NCBI GenBank assembly: GCA_003228405.1
Contig: QIDK01000136.1
Location: 1 to 44,182 of the forward strand
Length of the DNA: 44,182 bases
Direction: 5' to 3'
From: Gammaproteobacteria bacterium
GTDB taxonomy: Bacteria; Pseudomonadota; Gammaproteobacteria; SZUA-229
Shown here: positions 37,082 through 44,182 of the stretch, piece by piece
Layout: the number at the start of each line of letters is the position of its first letter
Numbering within the stretch: the stretch's first letter is position 1
The notes under the pieces: generated by a model
What the model was told of the DNA's origin: nothing
Database searches by the model: none
What the model saw: the letters and a program-made list of their open reading frames with translations, nothing else
Program-made: the position numbers and the translations under genes

Positions 37082-37409
37082 GCCTAAATTGCCACTGAGC
37101 CAGTGATTAATTCAGGTTAATGAGCTTGCTGTTCAAAAGTTTCAGGCACATCGCAAACAGCATAGCCAATAGCTGGCTATTAGCTTAAATTTCAACGTAG
37201 TAACGGGAAGTTTTGGGTACTAAGATCACAATTGTGATTTGATCAGGGGCTCCCTGCAACTATTCATCTTTAAATTAGTAACTGTTCAGGTTGCCCCTGT
37301 ATGGCTTTATATCAAAGTGAAAATGTGAATTTACAGGCGTAAATATATATTCTTCAACACTGATACAGGGTCACACAGAGGTAATCTGAATAGTTACAAT
37401 GGCTAATGA

Positions 37410-37613
37410 TTAACCTGCAGTATTACTGTTACCCGCGTTCTGACTTTCCTGTTCTCTCTGTATTCGATCGTAAATTTCTTCACGATGAACAGAAATTTCT
37501 TTAGGTGCATTAATACCAATACGAACCTGGTTGCCTTTAACACCCAGAACCGTAACTGATACATCATCACCAATCATCAGCGTTTCGCCTACACGGCGAG
37601 TTAGAATCAACAT
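37410..37613 (-). CDS. csrA: Carbon storage regulator CsrA
   Basis: [18 protein letters not shown]...[19 protein letters not shown]. Confidence 0.98.
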   Translation of the reverse strand: MLILTRRVGETLMIGDDVSVTVLGVKGNQVRIGINAPKEISVHREEIYDRIQREQESQNAGNSNTAG

Positions 37614-37719
37614 CTTTTCCTTCTCCTTTTTTCAATCACCAATGGCATCAAGAGTTCTTATGTACTCTTCAAGCACGTGATAATTTTAACACAGCTGTAA
37701 TGTATCTGTGGGATATTTT

Positions 37720-38949
37720 TTAGACGGCTTCCTGATCCAGGTCAAACTCACTGTGAAGTGTTCTCACCCCTAGCTCCAGGTATTTCTCATCAACGACCAC
37801 TGAAATCTTAATTTCCGAGGTAGAAATCATGAGTATATTTATCGCTTCTCTGGCTAGCGCTGCAAACATGCTGGAGGCAATACCCGCATGAGAACGCATG
37901 CCTACGCCGACTAATGAGATTTTAACAATCGCATCATTACCTTTTACTTTTTTAGCCCCCAGCTTTTTACCCGTTTTTTCAAGTAATGCCAGGGCCTTAT
38001 CGTAATCATTACGGTGTACAGTGAAAGTGAAGTCTGTGGTGCCATCTTCACCTACGTTCTGTACTATCATGTCTATTTCAATATTGGCTTCTGTAACAGG
38101 GCCCAGTATATCCGAGGCTACACCGGGTTTGTCTGGCACACCAGAAATGGTTAGCTGGGCTTCGTCCCGATTAAAGGCGATGCCGGAAATTACGGCCTGT
38201 TCCATCTCTTCATCCTCAGTTGTTATTAATGTACCCACCCCCTCGCCATCTTCAAATGAAGATAATACACGCAGGGGAACATTGTATTTGCCTGCAAATT
38301 CTACGGAGCGTATTTGCAGCACCTTTGAACCTAAACTGGCCATTTCCAGCATTTCTTCAAACGTAATTCTATCCAGTTTTCTGGCTTTGGGTTCTACCCG
38401 CGGGTCGGTGGTATACACGCCGTCAACATCGGTATAAATCTGGCATTCATCGGCTTTTAAAGCCGCTGCCATAGCAACTGCGGTGGTATCGGAACCGCCT
38501 CGACCCAGCGTGGTAATATTACCCTGTTCATCGACGCCCTGAAAACCCGCCACCACAATGATGTTACCCGCGGCCAGATCGGCCTGCATATTGCCGCACT
38601 GAATGTCTTTAATGCGTGCCTTGCTATGTACACTATCCGTAAGCATTTTAATTTGTGCGCCGGTATAGGATTTAGCATCAGCGCCCTTAGCGTGCAGGGC
38701 CATACTGAGCAGGGCTATGGTCGTCTGCTCACCAGTGGAAACCAGAACATCCATTTCACGTAAAGAAAGCCTCGTATCTATTTGATTTGCAAGTGATATT
38801 AAGCGATTTGTTTCGCCGCTCATGGCAGAAACCACCACGACCAACTGGTTTCCCTTATCGCGGGTTGCAATCACACGCTCGGCCACTGCATGTATGCGCT
38901 CAATGGTGCCGACTGAGGTGCCGCCGTATTTCTGGACAATTAGTGCCAT
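37720..38949 (-). CDS. lysC: Aspartate kinase
   Basis: [22 protein letters not shown] and [11 protein letters not shown] motifs; two ACT domains (ISTSEIKIS). Confidence 0.96.
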   Translation of the reverse strand: MALIVQKYGGTSVGTIERIHAVAERVIATRDKGNQLVVVVSAMSGETNRLISLANQIDTRLSLREMDVLVSTGEQTTIALLSMALHAKGADAKSYTGAQIKMLTDSVHSKARIKDIQCGNMQADLAAGNIIVVAGFQGVDEQGNITTLGRGGSDTTAVAMAAALKADECQIYTDVDGVYTTDPRVEPKARKLDRITFEEMLEMASLGSKVLQIRSVEFAGKYNVPLRVLSSFEDGEGVGTLITTEDEEMEQAVISGIAFNRDEAQLTISGVPDKPGVASDILGPVTEANIEIDMIVQNVGEDGTTDFTFTVHRNDYDKALALLEKTGKKLGAKKVKGNDAIVKISLVGVGMRSHAGIASSMFAALAREAINILMISTSEIKISVVVDEKYLELGVRTLHSEFDLDQEAV

Positions 38950-39130
38950 GTGTTTTTTTCTATTAAATGCCAGCTTAAATTTGGATGCGAATTATGTCAT
39001 AGGATGTTTGAGAATGCGAGTTGTTGGGGGTTTGGCTCTTTTTTAAGCGCACAAAGGATATGTCTGCTCTGGCATATCTCCAGCGGGGACAGCCCCTGAG
39101 ATATCCCCACAAAATAATCTTTAAAATCAA

Positions 39131-39350
39131 AAGATAAGGCATTTTTACCGCAAATAAACGCGAATGTACGCTATTTTTGTAGGCGGTAGCTTTAGCTGAC
39201 GAAATATTTGCGCAATGCGAAGCGAGCCGCATAATACATCGGCTCGCTCCGCATCGCCTTCTATATCGCCAGCTAAAGCTACCTCCTACAAATTATATTT
39301 TTTTATTTGCGTGTCTTCGCGTTTATTTGCGGTAAAAATGCCTTTATCTT
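39131..39350. repeat. Nested palindromic element: TACCGCAAAT-type outer arms, GTAG-type REP pair, inner inverted repeat
   Basis: Outer arms start at 39131 and end at 39350; TGTAGGCGGTAGCTTTAGCTGACGA at 39178-39202 pairs with 39266-39290; inner arms at 39216-39229 and 39240-39253. Confidence 0.85.
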
Positions 39351-39355
39351 ATGAC

Positions 39356-41977
39356 TTAAAGCCTCTCAGCTACCCACGCTTGTACCGAAGCTAATGCTGC
39401 ATCCAGATTTTCCGGCTGGCTACCACCTGCCATAGCCATATCGGGCCGGCCACCGCCTTTGCCTCCCACCTGACTAGCCACCATATTCACTAAATCGCCT
39501 GCTTTAACCCGGCTGGTCTGATCTTTTGTGACCCCGGCACAGAGGCTGACTTTTTTATCATCTGCCGTTGCCAGCACAATGGCTGCCGAACCCAGTTTAT
39601 TTTTGAGTTGATCCATGGTGTCACGCAATGACTTACTATCAACTCCATCCAGTTTAACCGCCAGCACTTTTATACCATCCACTTCTACCGCATCTGCGGT
39701 TAAGTCTTTACCTGTCTGGCTTGCCATTTTTGATTTGAGCTGAGCAATTTCTTTTTCCTGGCTTTTAAGCTTGCCTAGCACCTGTGTGAGTTTATCTTCA
39801 ATCTCATCATTACTTGCTTTAAGAAGTGACGATATCTTATTGATTTTATTAGATTGCTTCTGTGAATATTCAACTGCTGCTATACCGGTGACGGCTTCAA
39901 TTCTGCGCACACCCGAGGCTATGCCGGTTTCCGCTATTATTTTAAATGCACCTATATCACCTGAGCGATTAACATGCACACCGCCACACAGCTCTATCGA
40001 AAAATCACCCATGGTCACCACTCGTACTTCATCGCCATATTTTTCGCCAAATAGCGCCATCGCACCTTTGGCTTTGGCATCGGCTATCGCCATTTCTTCA
40101 GACTCGGTGCTCAGGTTACGACGAATCTGCTGATTAACGACTCGTTCAATTTCAGATAGCTGCTCTGGTTTAACCGCTTCGTTATGAGAAAAATCGAAAC
40201 GTAAACGTTCGTTATTAACCAGTGAACCTTTCTGCTGCACATGCTCACCTAAAATATCCTGTAATGCGGCATGCATTAAATGAGTGGCCGAGTGATTGCG
40301 AATGGTTGCATTACGTCTGCCCGTATCAATGCTTGCGATTACCCTGTCGCCCACAGAAAGGGAGCCTTCAGATAATAAGCCAATATGAATAAATGCCCTG
40401 GCCTGCTTCTGTGTATCCATTACTTCAAAGCTGGCGCTGTTATTACTTAGTAAACCCGCATCACCCACCTGACCACCAGACTCTGCATAGAATGGGGTTT
40501 GCTTTAAGATTACGACCGCTTCATCACCTGCCGCAATCGAATTAACTGACTCGCCCTCTTTAAAAATCGCTTCTATCTGAGACTCATCTTTTAAGTGATC
40601 ATATCCCGTAAAATCTGAGACTACATCGGTGTTTATTGCGTCGTTATAATCCACTCCAAATTTGCTGGCTGAGCGAGCCCGATCGCGCTGAGCCTGCATG
40701 GCTTTTTCATAACCCGGCATATCCAGAGTGAGATTTTTTTCACGGGCGATATCTGCGGTTAGATCAACCGGAAAACCATAGGTATCATAAAGCTTAAATA
40801 CCATTTCACCGGGTATTTGCCCGTCTTTAATATCTGCAATGCCCTCCTCCAGATGCTTCATGCCATGATCCAGAGTTTCTGCAAAACGCTTTTCTTCCAG
40901 CTTTAAGGCTTTCTCGACTGTAGACTGAGCCTGAGCCAATTCGGGATAGGCTTCACCCATTTGTTCAACCAGCGTTACCACCAGCCTGTGGAAAAACAGA
41001 TTGTTCTGACCCAGCTTATGACCATGCCTTAAGGCACGGCGAATAATGCGTCGCAGCACATAACCCCGACCTTCATTTGAAGGCAATACACCATCTACAA
41101 TTAAAAACGAACAGGAACGAATATGGTCAGCAATGACTTTAAGCGAGCTATGCTTTAAATCGCTGCAACCTGTCGCTTTAGCCGCTGCAGCAATGAGCGC
41201 CTGAAATAGATCGATATCATAGTTGCTATGGCCATTCTGCATAATGGCCGCGAGTCGCTCAAGCCCCATGCCTGTGTCGACTGAAGGCCTGGGCAGAGGA
41301 TGCATTTTGCCGGATTTATCCCGGTTATACTGCATAAACACCAGGTTCCATATTTCTATATAGCGGTCACCATCTTCATCGGGTGTGCCCGGTGGCCCGC
41401 CAAAAATTTCTTCACCATGATCATAAAAAATTTCTGTGCAGGGACCACAGGGGCCGGTATCCCCCATCGACCAGAAGTTATCACTTTCGTGTTTTTTGCC
41501 GCCGGGCTTATCACCTATGCGAGAGAAACGGCTTTTATCCACTCCAATTTCATCTAACCATATGGTTGCCGCTTCTTCGTCTTCAGAATAAACCGTGACC
41601 CAGAGTTTCTCGGCGGGCAGCTCACATACTTCGGTTAAAAACTGCCAGGCATATCGAATTGCGTCCTGTTTGAAATAATCACCAAAACTGAAGTTACCCA
41701 GCATTTCAAAAAAGGTGTGATGTCGAGCCGTGTAACCTACATTTTCCAGGTCATTATGCTTACCCCCGGCACGCACACAGCACTGGCTACTGGTAGCAGT
41801 TGTGTAGCTACGCTTATCCTGCCCAAGGAATACATCCTTAAACTGCACCATACCTGCATTGGTAAATAACAGGGTGGGGTCATTGCCCGGCACCAGAGAG
41901 CTGGAGGCTACAATTTCATGCCCCTTGCCATTAAAATAATCAAGGAACTGCTGTCGAATCTGGGCTGTCGTCATCAT
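39356..41977 (-). CDS. alaS: Alanine--tRNA ligase
   Basis: [41 protein letters not shown], editing-domain HSATH and [14 protein letters not shown]. Confidence 0.99.
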   Translation of the reverse strand: MMTTAQIRQQFLDYFNGKGHEIVASSSLVPGNDPTLLFTNAGMVQFKDVFLGQDKRSYTTATSSQCCVRAGGKHNDLENVGYTARHHTFFEMLGNFSFGDYFKQDAIRYAWQFLTEVCELPAEKLWVTVYSEDEEAATIWLDEIGVDKSRFSRIGDKPGGKKHESDNFWSMGDTGPCGPCTEIFYDHGEEIFGGPPGTPDEDGDRYIEIWNLVFMQYNRDKSGKMHPLPRPSVDTGMGLERLAAIMQNGHSNYDIDLFQALIAAAAKATGCSDLKHSSLKVIADHIRSCSFLIVDGVLPSNEGRGYVLRRIIRRALRHGHKLGQNNLFFHRLVVTLVEQMGEAYPELAQAQSTVEKALKLEEKRFAETLDHGMKHLEEGIADIKDGQIPGEMVFKLYDTYGFPVDLTADIAREKNLTLDMPGYEKAMQAQRDRARSASKFGVDYNDAINTDVVSDFTGYDHLKDESQIEAIFKEGESVNSIAAGDEAVVILKQTPFYAESGGQVGDAGLLSNNSASFEVMDTQKQARAFIHIGLLSEGSLSVGDRVIASIDTGRRNATIRNHSATHLMHAALQDILGEHVQQKGSLVNNERLRFDFSHNEAVKPEQLSEIERVVNQQIRRNLSTESEEMAIADAKAKGAMALFGEKYGDEVRVVTMGDFSIELCGGVHVNRSGDIGAFKIIAETGIASGVRRIEAVTGIAAVEYSQKQSNKINKISSLLKASNDEIEDKLTQVLGKLKSQEKEIAQLKSKMASQTGKDLTADAVEVDGIKVLAVKLDGVDSKSLRDTMDQLKNKLGSAAIVLATADDKKVSLCAGVTKDQTSRVKAGDLVNMVASQVGGKGGGRPDMAMAGGSQPENLDAALASVQAWVAERL

Positions 41978-42027
41978 GTTAAACTACATTAAAAAGGTTA
42001 ATTAAATAATTGATTTAGTTGATTATA

Positions 42028-42474
42028 TTAATCATCTATATCCATAGAATCCGGGTCAAATACCCAATCTACGGGAAACCCCCGCGATTGCAGATATTTA
42101 GCGCGTTTCGCTTTTTCAGCGTATTCATGCGCCTGCTCATCCGCGTATTTTTTACGGTATTGCTGAAGCATAATATCATGCCACTGCGGATTGTTTTTAT
42201 CTAAAAAATCAGCAAAGAACGCATCATTAATGCCTCGCTCCCGCAGCTCCTGAGCAATGCGCAGCGGACCAAAACCACGCCGCCTGCGCATATTAATATA
42301 ACTTTCAGTAAAACGCTCTTCTGAAAGCAGATTATTAGTAATTAACTTTTCAATACAACAGTCGATTTCATCTTCTTCGAAGTGTTTACGTTTGAGCTTA
42401 CGCCGCATTTCCAGAACGGAATGCTCGCGACGCGAGAGTGCGGCGATGGCGACTTCGTTGATTGAGCGTGGCAT
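42028..42474 (-). CDS. recX: Regulatory protein RecX
   Basis: LSRREHS..E...KL, GP.RI.QEL..RG and YLQSRGF motifs; downstream of recA. Confidence 0.93.
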   Translation of the reverse strand: MPRSINEVAIAALSRREHSVLEMRRKLKRKHFEEDEIDCCIEKLITNNLLSEERFTESYINMRRRRGFGPLRIAQELRERGINDAFFADFLDKNNPQWHDIMLQQYRKKYADEQAHEYAEKAKRAKYLQSRGFPVDWVFDPDSMDIDD

Positions 42475-42494
42475 TTACAAACCCTTTAAAAGAC

Positions 42495-42607
42495 TACCGC
42501 AAATGAACGCGAATAGACGCAAATAAATTCAAAATAAAGTATTTGCGCAGTGCGCCGCAGGCGCACAAGCCTGAAATATTTGCGTCTATTTGCGTTCATT
42601 TGCGGTA
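42495..42607. repeat. TACCGCAAATGAACGC-type palindromic repeat, copy 2
   Basis: 31-bp arms at 42495-42525 and 42577-42607 with one mismatch; internal GTGCGCCGCAGGCGCAC hairpin. Confidence 0.85.
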
Positions 42608-42618
42608 AATTTTTTCAT

Positions 42619-43689
42619 TTATTCCTCAACTGCTTCCGGTATTTCCACTTCCTGTTTCTTTTCGGCTTTTTCTGCCGCTGCTTTTTCTGCCACTGCTTCT
42701 TTTGACGGCATTAGCTCGGCACGAATCTTCACTTCAATTTCATCGGCTATTGCCGGATTTTCTTTCATAAAGGTGCGCACCTTGTCTTTGCCCTGGCCAA
42801 TGCGGTCTCCATTATAGGAATACCAGGCACCGGCTTTATCTATAATTTTGCAGTTCACTCCCATATCGATAATTTCACCCTCATGGGAAATGCCTTCGCC
42901 ATACAATATTTCAAAGTTAACGGTTTTGAATGGCGGCGCTACTTTATTTTTGACTACCTTAACCTTGGTTTCATTACCAATAATCTCCTCGCCCCGTTTA
43001 ATCGCGCCAATGCGACGAATATCCAGACGTACAGATGAATAAAACTTCAGCGCATTACCACCGGTGGTGGTTTCAGGGTTACCGAACATCACACCAATTT
43101 TCATACGCAGCTGGTTAATAAAGATAACCAGTGTATTAGAGCGCTTAATATTCGCGGTGAGTTTACGCAGAGCCTGACTCAATAAACGCGCCTGTAAACC
43201 CATATGTGAATCACCCATATCACCTTCAATTTCAGCTTTAGGCGTGAGCGCTGCCACCGAGTCGATAACCAGCACACTTATCGCACCGGAGCGCACCAGC
43301 ATATCGGTAATTTCCAGCGCCTGCTCACCCGTATCCGGCTGTGAAACCAGCAGCTCATCAACATTAACCCCCAGCTTTTCAGCGTAAGACGGGTCAAGTG
43401 CGTGCTCCGCATCCACAAAGGCACAGGTACCACCCACTTTCTGAGCCTCTGCAATCACCTGCAAGGTTAATGTAGTTTTACCCGAGGACTCCGGGCCGTA
43501 GATTTCAACCACCCGGCCTTTGGGCAAACCGCCTATGCCCAGCGCCACATCCAGCGCAATAGAACCGGTGGATATGGCTTCAATTCCCGAATTAACAGAA
43601 TCCCCCATGCGCATAACCGAACCCTTACCAAACTGCTTTTCAATCTGACTCAATGCCGCACTGAGTGCTTTCTTCTTATTCTCATCCAT
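42619..43689 (-). CDS. recA: Recombinase RecA
   Basis: [27 protein letters not shown] and GGNALKFY motifs. Confidence 0.99.
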   Translation of the reverse strand: MDENKKKALSAALSQIEKQFGKGSVMRMGDSVNSGIEAISTGSIALDVALGIGGLPKGRVVEIYGPESSGKTTLTLQVIAEAQKVGGTCAFVDAEHALDPSYAEKLGVNVDELLVSQPDTGEQALEITDMLVRSGAISVLVIDSVAALTPKAEIEGDMGDSHMGLQARLLSQALRKLTANIKRSNTLVIFINQLRMKIGVMFGNPETTTGGNALKFYSSVRLDIRRIGAIKRGEEIIGNETKVKVVKNKVAPPFKTVNFEILYGEGISHEGEIIDMGVNCKIIDKAGAWYSYNGDRIGQGKDKVRTFMKENPAIADEIEVKIRAELMPSKEAVAEKAAAEKAEKKQEVEIPEAVEE

Positions 43690-43751
43690 CGGTATTCCCC
43701 TGTAGTGTGTGATATTTGCATAACGCGATTACTGCGTTGCGGTATAGATGC

Positions 43752-43780
43752 AGAATAGTGGATACATTTTATGATGTCAA
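43752..43780 (-). promoter_or_regulatory. Sigma-70 promoter of recA
   Basis: TTGACA-17 nt-TATTCT, about 60 nt upstream of the recA ATG. Confidence 0.75.
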
Positions 43781-43809
43781 TACTTTTTATCATGTTGATA
43801 AAAAGTATT
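43779..43809. promoter_or_regulatory. Perfect 14-3-14 palindrome, candidate operator overlapping the recA -35 box
   Basis: AATACTTTTTATCA-TGT-TGATAAAAAGTATT. Confidence 0.65.
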
Positions 43810-43845
43810 AGCTATATTATATTTATCAGCAATAATAGATAAAGA

Positions 43846-44026
43846 TTTACCGCGAATGAACGCAAATATGGGCGCAAATAGAAACAAAAGCTTTTGTGTG
43901 CGCTGTGCGCCATGATGAAAATATATTCTATGAAATCCCGGAAGCTTGCTTACCTTGCTCAGAACTGGCGCATAAACTAAAAACATTGGCGTCCATTCGC
44001 GATAATTCGCGATAATTTGCGGTAAA
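43846..44026. repeat. TACCGC-type palindromic repeat, copy 3 (degenerate, different filler)
   Basis: TTTACCGCGAATGAACGCAAAT...ATTCGCGATAATTTGCGGTAAA. Confidence 0.7.
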
Positions 44027-44066
44027 ACAGCTTTTGCTTTTAGCTTGTCCATATATAGAGAACAGA

Positions 44067-44182
44067 ATGGCCTCAAACATTAAAATGCTCCATGAAATCA
44101 AATTCGCCACCCGCCAGCGCTTACAGTTTATCGAGGTAATGGCCTACTACAGCGGCAATATCAGCCGCAGTATGCTGGCCAG
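44067..44182 (+). CDS. Probable WYL-domain (BrxR/CapW-like) transcriptional regulator, N-terminus only (3'-partial)
   Basis: Open frame MASNIKMLHEIKFATRQRLQFIEVMAYYSGNISRSMLA fits the RL.FIE....W/Y.G.I.R..L start of the wHTH in this family. Only 38 codons are visible. Confidence 0.6.
   Translation, partial: MASNIKMLHEIKFATRQRLQFIEVMAYYSGNISRSMLA

Noticed and set aside
38950-39130. Lysine riboswitch upstream of aspartate kinase, and ORF 38975-39232
   Set aside because: No L-box conserved segments are recognisable; the region holds repeat-derived hairpins such as GGGGACAGCCCC.
70-43042. Numerous short antisense or alternate-frame ORFs inside real genes (e.g. 2651-3088, 7295-7738, 21227-21709, 28928-29695, 38021-38437, 39771-40133)
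   Set aside because: They are shadows of well-supported genes, with no recognisable motifs.
43777-44110. Minus-strand ORFs 43777-44076 and 43928-44110
   Set aside because: They run through promoter and palindromic repeat DNA and oppose the better-supported plus-strand ORF at 44067.

Overview
Gammaproteobacterial chromosomal segment, judged from the recA-recX-alaS-lysC-csrA-tRNA-Ser(GCT) synteny. From left to right it holds: (1) two tandem SulP/STAS anion transporters, the second BicA-like; (2) a four-gene ExbB-ExbD-ExbD-TonB-like (AglR/Q/S-GltG-type) proton-motor module with a candidate sigma-54 promoter; (3) a ~25 kb divergent type VI secretion cluster, with fha-tssJKLM-tagF-pppA-ppkA-small ORF on the minus strand and tssA-B-C1-C2-E-F-G-clpV on the plus strand, lacking hcp, vgrG and PAAR and with a TssL that has no OmpA domain; (4) an AT-rich accessory stretch with a truncated, frameshifted Rhs toxin, candidate immunity genes, TGACCCCTTTAACT repeats at its borders, a second Rhs relic and a hicB-hicA toxin-antitoxin pair; (5) tRNA-Ser(GCT) preceded by a 152-bp tandem array of interrupted tRNA 5' fragments; (6) csrA, lysC, alaS, recX and recA, with nested palindromic repeats in the spacers; (7) the start of a probable WYL-domain regulator divergent from recA. 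The recA promoter has no canonical SOS box but abuts a perfect 14-3-14 palindrome. All calls come from reading the sequence and translations by eye; no searches were run.
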